In this document: positions 23,900-38,862 of the stretch, in pieces
How the letters are laid out: each line of letters opens with the position of its first letter
How positions within the stretch are numbered: position 1 is the stretch's first letter
Assembly (NCBI GenBank): GCA_002633005.1
Contig: NMRA01000319.1
Span: 41,546 to 105,545 of the forward strand
Origin: Phoronis australis
Taxonomy: Eukaryota; Animalia; Phoronida
DNA: 64,000 bases
Direction of reading: 5' to 3'
Notes under the pieces: model-generated
What the model saw: only the letters and a program-made list of their open reading frames with translations
The model's database searches: none
What the model was told of the DNA's origin: nothing
Made by a program: the position numbers and the translations under genes

Positions 23900-26800
23900 C
23901 TGAAAAAATATCAAAATCATTACTACCACACGGGCGTCTGGATGACAGTGAAATCATGCGAAAATAAAAGTGTGTTGTCATGGAATCTACGTGTGTTCTA
24001 GTTGGGAGAAAGGAATTGTGTTTTTATGGCGGTTTGCACAATTTGAGCCGTGCTTGTACTTTTGTGATGTATATTTATCTGGTTCATAAGTTACTGTCTT
24101 CAAACAGTTACTTATCTTTGTAAGATCGAACTGCTTTAACACTAATCGTGAGCGCAGAATTACTTTCTTATGAAAAGTGGAAAGAGGTTACTTTCCAAGC
24201 TCTCAAAACACCTGATACCCTCAGACTCCAACAGAATTTGCAAGAAATCTCGCAGTATTGATTTTTTGCGCATTTCATCGCGTCACCAAACGACTATCCC
24301 ACTGTTCATGTTCTGCGCGTACAGTATACATTTCAACTCTTCGCAATAGAGCGGGTCGAGATTTTTTGTTGAAATTGATTGATTTTAATATTTTGAGATG
24401 GACACTGGAATTACATAAGAAAAATTTTCGAGGTTCTGGATCCCGACGTTTGGACCAGTCACTGTACATTTAGTTTTGGTCTACGAGTTTTTGTTAGAGT
24501 GCGGTTTACGGGGTTTGTATCGTAACTACCCGTGTAATTACATTAATCTATCAATATTACTAAAAGAAATACCCCCTAGCAAGAAATGGGAAAATTAATT
24601 CTTAACGGCATCCTCAACTGTGCTCGCGTTATTAGAAGCTTAAATGTTATGCTTTTTCGTATATTTTGTACATATTTTATACTTTGCGACCATTCTACCA
24701 TACTTGAAAATCAAATTCACGGGGTATGTTTTTCACATCAAATTCAACCATTTCTTGAAATTGTAAAAATGAGCTTGTTAGATACAAAGCTTGTGTGCAG
24801 AAGAGTGCCGCGTCGTTGGCAACTCCGATAAATTTTTCGCTTATGTAACGGAAACTGCGAATTTTCTCTAGTACTCTACACTCGGCTATTGCCGATCGAC
24901 CATTTCAATGGCCATCATTTTGCTAGACGTGTATGGGGTTAAGGTCCCGAGCTCGTGAAAATGCATCGCACTCGCTTAAAAAACTAAATGTCAGCGATAG
25001 TATTCCTACGTATGTGGGATATTGACGTCACATACATTGTAGCCTATATGCCAAGCCTAACTGCACCGGCTAAGCAATAAGGTAATCCCTAATGTTTAAG
25101 AACTAGTAAAGTTTTATTTTATAACAAATTTAGCAGCATTTTCAGTTTGTGACATATTTATCTGATTCGAATTAGATTTTGCCAGATTTTGTTGGAGACG
25201 CCACGTGCTATGACACAGCTTAAAATTAGTGAGGCCTAAAAGTAGCCATCTGATCCCCATGGGTCGGAATTTTGATCGGAGAAAGTTTATAGTTTTTAGA
25301 GCAGTAAAACTGCTTTTTCAGAAATGACCCCTTGAATCAATGTTTTACGTAACCCACAAAATGAGCCTAATCAAATTTGGCGTGGTACACGCCAATTTAC
25401 TCCACCAGGAGACGTCACACATCTGTGAAATAAGGCCCCTTCCGTTGTATACTGCCTCTACCGTTGTATATGGGTTGGCTCTACTTTTCCGTATTTCACA
25501 GTAAATATCATGACGTATGGAATGCCCGTATTTTCACATATATATTGGATAATGGTGCTTTATCCATACGCGTGGAATCAGTCGAGGGAAATACGGCCAT
25601 GTAACAAAGTTTTCCGTATTCACCTTTCGCACTACTTCAACAGTGACCTCTGACATGAAAAGTCGTTAGCCGGTTCGATCACCAAACTTTCGGAAATAGT
25701 TTAAAGTAAAACAATTATAGCAGTGTAAATAACGCTCAACATACAATCATGTCTCAATCGTAACATCTGGAACAGGACTGTTAATTTTATGACAGTTTTG
25801 TCTCAGTTTTCATTTGCTAAATATTTTATCGTCTGCAACTCAGGTGTCGATTCCTCGGTAACTACAATATCAAATTTTGTTGTTATTTAACTTCAGGAGA
25901 TGTTACAAGTTCAATGAAAAGTTACTCTTGTTTTCATCGTTGTTATCTCTTTTCAAGTAATAAATCGTCAAAGTCAAATTGTTTCTTTTACTAGAGAAAA
26001 CTTGCAGCCTAACGCGCAAGAACATACATGTATGTATAGGATGTGATACGCCACGTGAACAGTCTAAGTGAAGTATTTAAAAAATCTGCGGAAAAACTGA
26101 AAGAAACTTAGGAATTTGAAGCGAATGGGATAAATACAAAACTTACCTCGATTTGTGTACATGAATATCCCACTCGACATTATAATGTCTGGTGGGATAT
26201 TACTTCATGAACGCCACTCTCGGTACGTTTTGTGTATACGCCTAATGCAAATTGATCTGCTTCCACATGTACCTTCCTTGTTTGCTACGTATAACTAAAA
26301 AGACAGGGTAACGTCTGACCCAATTAATAACAGATTGGTATATAGTGAAATACGAAATTCACACAAATTGTTTTCTATTTTCAGAACAAATATACTTTCG
26401 TGAGTTAAAAATGTATAGTTTTATAGATATTTTGCTAAATCCTCAAACTTGTCGATAAGCTCCTGCAGGAGCGTTATGGGTTTTACGGCCGAAAAAAAAC
26501 TTTCCGGAATTTTATTGGATGGGAAAATTTTTTGCAGTTATTAAGTTTGATCACAGCTATAAACAATAAGATCTATAGTGCCTTGCGATTTTATTACAAC
26601 TCGATAATTTTCGCCGTTGTCTACTAGACATTCGCTAAAATCAAGCTCAATTGTTTTGAAATACTCTGCCTTTGTATTTAGTGGATTTAATCACCACAGC
26701 TGAGCATTTGACTACTACTGCGAAAGTTTGATTGTCCGCTGAGACTGATCTCGTGATATTTTTCGATAATGTCCTCTGAAAGGGCTGAGATCCAACCCCA

Positions 26801-29436
26801 GGTCGATGTGTAAGTAAACGTCCCTCTGTGAATATGAGGCCATTCCAACATCAACGTAGCCATGGAAACAAGCAGACACCCAGGTTGCCTGCGTTGAGCA
26901 AATACGAATCATTCATCCCATTTTGACATTACTGAACTCGTATTTTAATGCAACTGTAAGCTCACCGCATTCTTATGAAAGTTTATGCAAATTATCTGAA
27001 ACCAAATTTGTAATCTGTGTACATTCTCAGAGACTTTTTCGCATTCATATACATACATGTAACATTACTTTTCGGGAGCATTTATGCTGAGCAGTAGACG
27101 AAATTCTTCAATCGTACATGTCACGTTTACCATACAGACCCCTGTATATTAGGAGTTTGGTACCTACAAGCGTCACGTGGCCCTTTTGCCCAATTATCAC
27201 ATTTTGTAGATTATACATACATGTAGAAAACCGCATCACGCAAGTATTCCAAAAGGCCGTGAGAAATCAAATTCGATAAAACTTCTCTTTCCCTTTTTCA
27301 CATACTTGTTACAGTTGCTAATGAAAACTAATGACAAGTTTTCTCTTTTGGGAGATTCACGCTGACACACGTTTTGCTGCTAAACCAGCTAAATGATTGA
27401 TAATTACAAGATCTCTTGTAATCATGTGCTTCGCCCGCGTTCACATGATATGCAAAAGTTTGTTGGATCGATATCCAAAGCTATCGAAAACTCTCCTTCA
27501 AGACTAGATCAAAATCCAACTAGTGGCACGGAGTTTAATTCTCCGTCTTGCCAAAAATCCCAAGAGGAGCAAGTTAAGTGTAATTCCTTGTGCTGTGGTA
27601 AACTTGTATATCATCGAACATCCTGTGTTCCTAAATGCAGCAATTTAAAACCCATTATTGCTATTTTCGTAACTTCGCCGGTGATTTGTTGAAGCCATCA
27701 ATCCGAGTGAAATATGTGGTGGCTGATTCTCAAAAATATGCTATTGAATATTTATCAGTCGAGTCATAGAAAAATTATAGCATTTCTGTACCTTTAATCA
27801 CGCTGATAAAGACAATGGTTATCGTAGCGCCACATGGTGTCAATGACGACGATTTGATGGCCGCTGCAAAACATGTTGGTGACAGTTACAAGAAACATAG
27901 CCAAAAACTACGCAGGGATGGAAATTATGTGTTATAAAACCCATTTTCGTTCAATAATACGCCACGAAAGCGACGTCATGATTCTAATAACTTGCCTTAG
28001 CCTCTACATCGGTATATTGTTTGAATAAATCTGATTGACGTTCTCCAGATTGGCCTACAAGATACTCAATCTATTAGCTATAATCTCGATAAATCTTGTT
28101 TCAAAAGTAGCTTTCAAGACTACAAACTCGACGAGTTCACCTTTCCCAAAATCTAATCATTCGTAGCTGTACCACGTTTGGCAATGTGTATCGATTTGGA
28201 AGAATTGTCAAACACAGGAGTACGTAAGTTAGGTATAGGCAGTCTCAGAAGGCCGGTGGTAACATGAACAAAACTTACTGCTGGTACTTTGCAATGAACC
28301 CTGGTTTATCAGTGGAGTTTTCTCCTTAACTCTGTCTTATAGCAGCGCCATTGTGCACAATTGGTGTATGAAATAATATATTAATGGAAGTAGATGTTGG
28401 TGAAGTACAATGCTGTCTCTTGTGAAGTCTAGTATTTGCTTGATAGAGGTGAATAATTCCGGCCAGCTTTAGGTTTTCATTAGTATTCAGTCAGTTTCCT
28501 ATATGACTGATTTTCTTTAACGGAAACACCCTCGTTGATCTTGTTGAGACAAGATGATTTGTTTCATTGATTCAAATTAATTGATCACATTCTTTTGTGC
28601 CTTGTTATGCATTCCAAAGTCTACGTAATCTGGCTATATAGTAGTCTAAGCGAATTTATGCACATGCTCCCTGTGAAGTCGTGTTTTAATGGGCCAGACG
28701 TGACTGCAATTCCCACTGTAATAAGGAAAGCCCATGAATCCAAATCGTTTCTTTGTAAGATGTATACATCTTTCATGAGCATTTCAAGGTCCATTTAATT
28801 TCTTTGCATAATATCAGATTTCCAGGAAAAGATTCTTACTGTTGCGGGACTTATCCGTCGTCATTTCCCTGTGTTTCAAAACACACTAGTACACGGTTGC
28901 ACATTGGAAATATGCAAATCAAAACTCTGTTACAGCATTGACTTCCTATAAACTAATGAATACAAATACTTTACCCATTTCAAATCCGAATAGGTTTGGA
29001 CAATTCCTCTCTTGGAGACAGAGTGTCACATGGACACGGATATTAGGCCAAAGAGAAATAGTTCTGAGGTCTGTACCCTCCCTCATTTTGAAACATGAGC
29101 CTCGCGTAAAGAACAAACAGGCCGCTGATGTCCATTCGAAAACAATTGTCACTGCAGAAAACAAAGAAGCAGTTTCTTGAATAGTTCTACACATCAGAGC
29201 ATCGCCGCTATTAAAAATTATCATCAATATCTGCGCTGAAGCTGCCCAAGTGGTTGAGTCTGTTGCCAAAACTCGACAATTTTGTTTAGCGCAATTTAAA
29301 GTAACCGTGGAATCGTTATCAATTTCTGCGCAGTGCAAACCAAACTTAGGAATTCCTGGAACAGGAAAATCAGCATTAGTCCCCAGTAAATCCACATGTT
29401 TGTACTCACACTTTAGAATTTTCTGTTAATATTTAG

Positions 29437-29673
29437 CATGAGCGCACCTAGCCAAAAATGAATGGTTTGAATTTTTGGCAAATTGCATGTGGACCTTTTA
29501 CTAAAAAATAAAAATGAAAAGTGGGACCTGTAAATTTGCCGAATTGTGGTAGTTCTTTTAGTTTTCTTCTTTTTTCGGACGTTTTGTTTCTCTGAGGCCG
29601 ACCTTTTTGCCCACCTCGCCAAATAGGGGTGTTCGTTTGAGCCTCAAAACCATCCCCCCGGGGTGCACGCTTG
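29437..29673. mobile_element. MITE of CATGCG family, perfect 5-bp TSD tttag
   Basis: catgagcgcacc...ggtgcacgcttg flanked by tttag on both sides. Reverse-oriented relative of the 9014 and 33736 copies. Confidence 0.8.
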
Positions 29674-32180
29674 TTTAGAGATACCATATACACACCATTC
29701 AAAGTTAAGAGTTGAAATACCGTTGTTCTGGGGACAGTTTCGTAGACGCAATGATTTCGCTAAGGAAACTAGTGTTATCACTTTCTTTGTTTGCAAGAAA
29801 CTAAGTCCACGGAACGCGCGACTGAGTACTCAGTAGTTTGTCTCAACGCCTTGGTATTAAATTTGAGTGTAATTTAGCAGACGATTTATTGGTGATGACG
29901 TCACAGTGTCGCTGTTGTTTGTACGAGGGTTTCAAACGCAATCTAATATTCGTTTTAGATAATTGCCATTGTACGTGATTTCAATTTTTTAGTTGCGTGT
30001 CGACTTTGACGAGTGGAGAACGCAGAGAAACCATTTTCCTATAATTACGATAGGAATTAGGCAGTTTATAAGGGCTAAACTATTTTATAATCTTGTTTAG
30101 CCAAGTCTCTACGGACTTGCATCTACTGGCTTGGAATAACTGGCTTCGATTGGACCACTTGGTAACTGAATTACTGAGCCGGTAATTGAACATCACACTA
30201 TAATCTACGCGCGCTGTAGAAAAAGTCAAACTATTTGTGATAATTAAAACGCAAAGAAAAAAATGAAAGCTTTGATGGTCTCGTCAGCAGCCTATGTTGA
30301 ATCAGCAAATGAATGTTGAGAACATCCCGTATCTTCTGACTCACTGTGTCGATTTTGACCGGTTTTACCAGTTTTGACTAATCATGTCCGTTTTGATCCG
30401 TTATGTGCACCTTGACCTATGATAACTATTTTGATCTGTTATGTCCATTTATAAAATTGCCATCTTCAATAATGCACGAGGTTCTTACCATCACATTTAT
30501 GAGTGGAGTGGGTCCGCTTAGAAATCGAAATCTGATTTCTTTTTATATTTCCCAAGGGCAGTATTTAATTCACAAAACGAGAGAAATATTTGAATAACTC
30601 TGAGTGAACGTCAAAGCGTGATTAGCACAAACGCTTTTTCACTATTTTCCCTCTTAAGAAACCAACTGAGATCGATTCTAAGGACCCTACATTTGAGAGC
30701 CCAAGCAAATTACAATTCGTTGGTGACCAGACTGCTCCTGGACGAAACAACTGTGCCCCCTTCAATCTGCTACTGACTGTCTGTGGCTGTTCTCCCCTTT
30801 TCTCCGGAAAAAAGGAACATCGACTGCATTACATAAGGAAAGCGTTAGTTAAATAGATAAGGGACTTTTCTAAAACTGAATTAATGAAAGGGTAGACTGG
30901 AGCAACGCACTAACAGTACATGGGCTTTGGATCCGGCCGACACGCAAAGAAGCAAACGAAAAGAGAACTTTATAGCAGCCTTTTGTTCCGGCTCATCAGA
31001 TGCACATACACTCTAAAAGGCATGTATAGAACTATGCGAAAGGTGTACGTACAGGAGCCGTCCTATGATAACTGCATACAGGCACAATGTAAATGCAGGT
31101 GATGGTCGTTAAAATAAAAGCGACGGTTACATGCAGCCGCCAAGGGAAACAGTAGACGAGACTCGTGCCGATCTTCCAAGCAAAGCTCTCAGTTGGCAGT
31201 CTATGAATGGATGGACTAGGGGAAAAATATGGAAACGTTTCACCGAGATAAGCCTGTTGCACTTGGACACATAATATGAGCATTCCTCAAATGCATATTT
31301 CTTTATCCCAAACCTTACCCGAAATCCCTAGATAGGTCCTAGAGCAAGAATCTCGACATCTGTTGCATGCAAATAACGTGATCACTCTATGTCTTCTTGC
31401 CCAGGTGTTGCGTCTTCGAAACGCAGACCTAGGTAGAGTTCAGTAACGCTAGGACCTACGCTAGAACCTCAATAAAATCTAGACAAAACCAAGTGATTTC
31501 CTTTAAAATAGGCAGCAATGTCTCACGTAATATCGCGAAGTCTTTTTTAGCGACCGGTTCAAACGTTAAAGAACTCTACTCTGGTTAAATAGCTCAACTC
31601 ATTTATGAGGCCATTACAAATAGGGATATTGCGGAAACGAAGTTTGCTAGCCCAACAAACGAGACCCCCATGTTGCTAATCTTTTTCGTTCCTGGCAGTA
31701 AATCACGATATTGAGCAAGGGAATCAATATCTCTACGATGTCAAAAGTAAAATATGATGGCATCGAAATGCAAATGTAATTTGGTTAATGGCGGGAAAAC
31801 AGAAAAATAATGCCTTTAGTTGATCATATTCAACGGTGCATGTGTCATAGTAAATAATCACTGGTAATTAATGTACAGATGCAGAGTAATTCAGTTAGCT
31901 AACACAAAAATGCGAGACCCAGTGTGTGAATCGGAAATGTCGTATTTTAAGACGACGATGAATATGTGCCATCGTCTCTTCTTTGTACATGTCCCCAACG
32001 ATTATGAATACTGTAGGAATTAATCCATACTTTTTGTTGTGAAATGAAGGGAAACTTTATCCCAGTCTCTTTCAGTTATTAACATGCAGACTGATTATTG
32101 TAGGCAAGCAAATTCAATGGAATGCCTTTCATGTAGAAATTAGGATAAATAGGTTTCTAACCTGTGTACAGCACACTTTA

Positions 32181-33715
32181 CCAAGCGTCCCAAAAAACTG
32201 AGCCACTATTTGACAAGTAATTTCAGCAACGGGTAATTCGATTTTTTTATATTTTTTACACGTGAACCTTGGGATATCATCAACAAATGTACAGCACATC
32301 AAAGAGATTTGTGTCTAATTGTGCGAGTGCTGTCAAATTGAACATCAGGTCAAAAAATAAAATATCAAAGGAAAACTCGCTTATTTCAGTCTACATGTAT
32401 GCCTCCATCTTCCACACGACTGAACGGAGCCGTTTCTTCCAACCAGAAATGCTTTTCCGTACTGTACTTCTTCCATCGAGATTTCCTCGCATGACATAAT
32501 TACCCTGTCCTTCAACTCCTGCTGAGTTAATTTGCCTCTTATTCCCTGGTAATCTTTCTTCTTCAGAGAGTCCCAATGGCATAGTCTATTGGATTGCAGT
32601 CAGGACTGAGCGGGGGCCACTCATGCTTTATGATGAATTGTGGTGTGTCCTCCTCCTGATGAGCCTGGGTTTTCTTGCTCGTGTGTGAAGGACCCCCATC
32701 TTACTGAAACACGTACATGTAATTGTTTCCAAGATAAAGTCGCCTGCAATCCGAGAGAAGACTTTCATCCAACAACTATATGTAGCGTTGACTGTTAACT
32801 TTGGCTATATCTGTGGCAATAAAATGAATACTTGTATTTCCTTCCCAAGCGAAAAACATTGCTTTTTTGTAAAGTCTGTAGGTCTCATGATATAGTCGAG
32901 AAGACTGAATTTTTCGTTTTTGTCTCACATAAACACGATCGCTTTGGCGATTTCTAGCGTGAAATCTTTTTCATCAGTGAACTAAAGCTGTTCACATCAA
33001 TGGCTGAACAGCGGTCATGCAAGTAGCGGCATCGAATTCCTCTTTACCTTCTAACATTTTGATATCTCCGAAATACTCACATTCTTTTTAAGGATTTTAA
33101 CTCGTTTTTTTTCGCCATTCTTTGCGCAGAAGATTTGCTCACTTGTAAATGCTTTGCGACTTCTCTCAGAGATTTGTGATTGCTCGAGTTGTCCTCCTGG
33201 GATTGAATCAGTTCCTCAGCACGATCCTCGTTTTCTTTCCAACATAGTTTTGGGTCTCCCACTGTCAATTTTACTGGCAACAGACCCCGTGTTGCGTATT
33301 TTATAAATAAGTCTATTTAAGGTCGTACGGTTGCACACTTTTCCTGGGAACTCCCTTACGATTCTTCCTTTCTCCTTGGAACAGGTTTCAATTGTGAACT
33401 TATCACTTTCACTCAAAGGCATCCTTACAAACCGGAACATTGGACAGAACTGATTTGGATACAGATCTGACAATAGTAAACAGTAGACTTGAGACCCAGG
33501 CAATCGTGTTTTTGACTGACTGATTCCAGCACACCGTGAGCATGATGATTTCACAGTGACGTTGCATTTTTCATCCCGCTGTTTTGAATTTCACAATACC
33601 TCCATAATTTTTCTATACTATGTAGATTGGTTAAAGACATCCTGAAGATACAAAATGAAAAATTTGAACGAATTCGGTTGGTCGATTGATGTGGCTCACT
33701 TTGTGGGACACTTGA
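32181..33715 (-). mobile_element. Decayed Tc1/mariner transposon, DD37D (maT) type
   Basis: TIRs caagcgtcccaaaaaactgagccac and gtggctcactttgtgggacacttg. Remnant frames MPLSESDKFTIE...IRNTGSV...SGRPKT, HKSLREVAKHLQVSKSSAQR, FTDEKDF, and FQ*DGGPSHT...WPPLSPDCNPIDY, with 37 residues between the second and third Asp. Contains stops and frameshifts. Confidence 0.9.
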
Positions 33716-33735
33716 AATGTACATGTAATATACAC

Positions 33736-33977
33736 CATGCGGGAACCCAAGCTCGGGGGGTAGAACGAGTCCCCCCATTTGGCGAAGTGGGCCAAAAGGT
33801 CCGCCTTAGAGAAACAAAAAGTCCGAGAAAACGAGACAAAAGTCCACTAAAAGGGCAGGAATTACCAAAATTCCGTGAAAGCACAATTCACAGCTCTGAA
33901 CGTACCTCGTTTTTAGTAAAAGTTCCACATTCCCAAAAATTCAAGCCCTCCCAGTTTTTAGGCTGGGTGCCCGCATG
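33736..33977. mobile_element. MITE of CATGCG family, degenerate 5-bp TSD
   Basis: catgcgggaaccca...tgggtgcccgcatg with flanks tacac/tacag. Confidence 0.8.
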
Positions 33978-35245
33978 TACAGTAAAGAAATGCACGTGAC
34001 TGAATCTATCGGTTTTTTCGACCGAAAAACTCATTTTAGGGATTATTGTGGGATTTTATAAAGTTCTTGAACTTTGACCTGAGTTATAAAATTCTTGAAC
34101 TTTGACCTGAGCTATAAAACAACAAATCCGTGTTTGTGATTTTATTGCAAATGATATGCTCGCCGCTGAGTGCCAGACAGTCGTTGGAATCAAGACTGGA
34201 GGCTTTATCGGGTGAAATACTCCCGAGTGAGATTTGGACTGCGACCGTGGCTGTTGCGAATCACTTCTCTCGATAATATGCCTCTAAGTTTGCCCAGACT
34301 GTATGAAGCCGGAACTAACAAGCGTTGCTAAAGAATCGTTCGCTTCTATACTATGATTGTTGACAAATTAATTAATGTCTTCTGATCCGTAGACAACGCC
34401 TTCGGTGATCAATTCAAAAGCCGACGTGTTTAGAATTTTAAGCTAATTACGGATTATCCCTATTTAATGTATTTTGCTCTATAATTGCTAAGTTCTGTGT
34501 ATATATTGTGTCTTGAATTGTTGGAGCAAATTAACAATGAATATGAAGTAAAAACAAAGGCCTGAAATGAGTGAAAGTACAATTTGATAAAAAGCAACAG
34601 CGGAGAAAAGTTGCGTTATGTCTCTTTTACCCTAAAATGTTGTTCACGTCAAATACATGTAATATTCATCAACAACAAAGAACGAATCAGATGAAAATTA
34701 TTTGAAACTCGAAAACGCGGAAATGCGCTATACACCTGTACATATATCTCAAAGAATTTGAAGCACTACTCCTGCCGTGAATATGCCGTTCTTTTATCAA
34801 ACTCTTTTGTCGCTTGGAGAAAATTAAAAACCAAGCAAAACGGTTCATTGGTTACTCGTCAATATTGCACATGTATTATCTGGCAACAAACTTATGTGAA
34901 ACACTTGACATTTTCAGTATAATGTAGACTTTCAGTTGATTGATTATAGGAATCAAAGCTAAATAAACTTGAGAAAGCTTGACTATGCATGGATAATTTG
35001 CTTGATCGGTTCATCCAAAAGTCCACACTATTTTGCATATGTTTTGTCGAAACTTTTCCCAACAGTTATAGCTACAGCATAATAAAGGAATATTTTGACG
35101 ATCACAATCGGGAAATATTAGCACATGTCTTTGTATCACACATGTGATGTCGTTTTAGAAACAAAAGCTTACTATTGCCAACAGCATGGTGTTATTTTTA
35201 TTAGATTTCTAGCTAGATGTTATGTTGGTTGTATCAGATATACAG

Positions 35246-36113
35246 TAAATAGTACAGTAATACTTTACAGTACCACAACGATATAAATAGTACAGTAATA
35301 CGTTACAGTACCACAACGATATAAATAGTACAGTAATACTTTACAGTACCACAACGATATAAATAGTACAGTAATACTTTACAGTACCACAACGATATAA
35401 ATAATACAGTAATACTTTACAGTACCACAACGATATAAATAGTACAGTAATACTTTACAGTACCACAACGATATAAATAGTACAGTAATACTTTACAGTA
35501 CCACAACGATATAAATAGTACAGTAATACTTTACAGTACCACAACGATATAAATAGTACAGTAATACTTTACAGTACCACAACGATATAAATAGTACAGT
35601 AATACTTTACAGTACCACAACGATATAAATAGTACAGTAATACTTTACAGTACCACAACGATATAAATAGTACAGTAATACTTTACAGTACCACAACGAT
35701 ATAAATAGTACAGTAATACTTTACAGTACCACAACGATATAAATAGTACAGTAATACTTTACAGTACCACAACGATATAAATAGTACAGTAATACTTTAC
35801 AGTACCACAACGATATAAATAGTACAGTAATACTTTACAGTACCACAACGATATAAATAGTACAGTAATACTTTACAGTACCACAACGATATAAATAGTA
35901 CAGTAATACTTTACAGTACCACAACGATATAAATAGTACAGTAATACTTTACAGTACCACAACGATATAAATAGTACAGTAATACTTTACAGTACCACAA
36001 CGATATAAATAGTACAGTAATACTTTACAGTACCACAACGATATAAATAGTACAGTAATACTTTACAGTACCACAACGATATAAATAGTACAGTAATACT
36101 TTACAGTACCACA
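35246..36113. repeat. 38-bp minisatellite, about 23 near-identical copies
   Basis: Unit aaatagtacagtaatactttacagtaccacaacgatat. Confidence 0.98.
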
Positions 36114-36194
36114 GCGACCTATCTGAATCTTTCCATCTATCTATTATCTACATGCTTATCTATTTGTATGTCCGACCATCGGTCTGCCATATGA

Positions 36195-36275
36195 TTGTTT
36201 GCCTGTCTGTCTGTCAGTTTGCCTATCTGCCTGTTTGCCTGACTGTCTGTCTGTATGTCTGTCTGTCTATCTGAC
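36195..36275. repeat. Degenerate (TGTC)n tetranucleotide repeat
   Basis: Runs of ctgtctgtct and ctatct. Confidence 0.8.
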
Positions 36276-38379
36276 TTTATGTCTTTCGGTCTATTGAGCT
36301 TTTTGTCGTGATATGTCTGCAAGAGATTGTGGGACCTCTGCCAGGCATGCAGAGAGTAAACAACGAAAGAACCACAATATACATTTGAAACCAACAGATG
36401 GCGAAAAACAAGTACATGTGTATCCCACAATTCCAAAATTTTAAAAAGGCTCATCGAAGCAGATGCCGATTTCTTCTTCGACCAAGCTTTTCGACACAAA
36501 CATTTTTAAAGCAGAAGTGAGTACAGTCTTCTAAAGCTTTTTAATATTTACATTGGGAATGCGTCGACAGTAATCAATTTTAAGTTCATTTGTGTTACGA
36601 AATATACAGCAGTGGATTGTGTTTGTACTCGCTGTCTCGAAATTGAATCTCTGGTGGAGTGAGGTGCTTGAGACTTGATATCTCGGGTGCTTGAGTTGAC
36701 TACGACATTAACTAGAGAAGAATATCGATTTGTTCAGATGCTTGTATACACTCAGCTTTCAAGGGGCATGTACTCAACGATACGCGCCAACGGGCATAAA
36801 ATATCAATTTTGGTTGTACATGTACTACTCAAACAACCTTTTTAAGTGAACGATACCACACAATGAGAAATTGTGAGCCGTGTATAAACCTAAATCTTCA
36901 TTTACAGAGTACATGAAGACTGTTCTGTTAGAGGCAGGTGCTCCATTGCCTAGTTCAAAACTTAAACCCAAACAAAAAAAAACAATCTAAAAAGCAAACT
37001 ATGACTAAAATGACACAATGAAGATTTAGTTGCAAGTCAATGAATCCCTTATTACTAGGCGTGGAAGACTCTTATTTATGTAATTAAGTGACCGCTCCAC
37101 TGACGTCGCAGATTGTGAGGCATCATAATCCATAACATCTGAAAAAATGCGGGGAATTTCGAAGCCTCAAATTTCCCATCGGAAATAAAAAGTGTGGGAA
37201 CCTAAGTTATACGGAAGTCATGTGACATTCAAACTGAAGAATGATTGGTCGCATGGCTGAAGTTCGCCCATGCGCAGATAACATTCATCTCCAAGCCTGG
37301 GAAAACTGATGCTATGAAAATACCCGTTGTGTTCAGAAAGGTGCCATGAATGTGAATAATTTCCCGTGGTATCCCAACTCCTCCAAAAGTAAATGCTCAG
37401 AAGGTTGATGGCATCGAAGCTTCGCCAATCTTCCAGATATGTCGCCTTTTGCTGAACTCACAATGTTTCCGACTGTACAGTTTGTGTGAAGGCAGTTATG
37501 CTGTTATAAGCTCAAAGCCATCTGCTTCTCCACGTATGTCGGTCCACGCAACCGGAATAATTTATGTTTACGACAAAAATTGCTTTAGCGTTTGTGCGTG
37601 TGCACCGACCTTCAGTTACATGTATAAGTGCGAGCGGTAATCCATATTTTTATTACAAAATTAGAACTACCGGCAATTGAAAACACCTGTCCACCCTTTT
37701 GTAACGAATAACCTTAAGTTGGTTAGACGGCTAGATAAAAAATTCACAATTAAGGTGATTCGCACATAGGCACACATACCTAAGTAAGGATATATTCAGT
37801 ATACAATCCCAGTTCACATAATGGGTGGTTGAGAATTAAAAGAACAACCTTAAAATTAATTTGCATAATTCGCTACGTTTCTATTTACAGTATTTGTTTG
37901 CATATGCATTATAAAATGATTTTGCTGTAGCCATGGGCTATTGAAACCACGAGTCTCTATCATACATGTAAGTGCGAAATGCGATATGTGCATTAATTAT
38001 GCCATGAATAATTGTGATGCAAGGAACCTCGATTATTATTCTATTTCAATAATTCAGTGATTTTCATGACTTAACATTGGTATCACTCATAGGAATATTG
38101 GGGTGGCGTTCAGACACGAATTCCGTTACACTGCTGGAGATCGTCACGCAAACTGCTTGTCGCGTACTAAGCACTCCCACTGTCTCATTGCGTGACACGA
38201 TTCTAATTAACTTTTCACTTGCTTGAAGAAAAATCTCCTGGGTGCCAAGGACTTTTTCGATTACTTCTGACAAAAAGTCATTCTATACCATGGCAAGCAC
38301 CGTAATTTTTTATCAACTAAACCGAAATCATAGTAAATTAGTCGACAAAGGCAGGAGCAACAAACGTATATAACAAAAT

Positions 38380-38810
38380 GAGCAGCGATAACAGTAGCAA
38401 CTAGCAGCAGTGATGTACAAGTAGCAGTAGAAAGGGTAGAAACAGCAGTAACAGCAGTAGTAGCAACACTAACAACAATAGTGGCAACACCAGGAATAGT
38501 AGTAGAAACACTGGCAACAGTAGCAGTAATAGTAGCAACAGTAGTAGTAATAGTAGCAACAGTAGCAGCAATAGTAGCAACAGAAGCAGTAGCAACATTA
38601 GTAGCAGTAGCAGTGGCAATGACAGTGGCAATGGCAGCAGTAGTAGCAACACTAGCAACAATAGTGGCAACACCAGGAATAGTAGTAGAAACACTGGCAA
38701 CAGTAGCAGTAATAGTAGCAACAGTAGTAGTAATAGTAGCAACAGAAACAGTAGCAACATTAGTTGCAGTAGCAGTGGCATTGGCAGTGGCAGTAGTAGT
38801 AGTAATAGTC

Positions 38811-38862
<52 letters not shown>

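Noticed and set aside
35246-36113. CRISPR-like periodic array
   Set aside because: The units are head-to-tail identical with no unique spacers, there are no cas genes, and the context is a eukaryotic intron.
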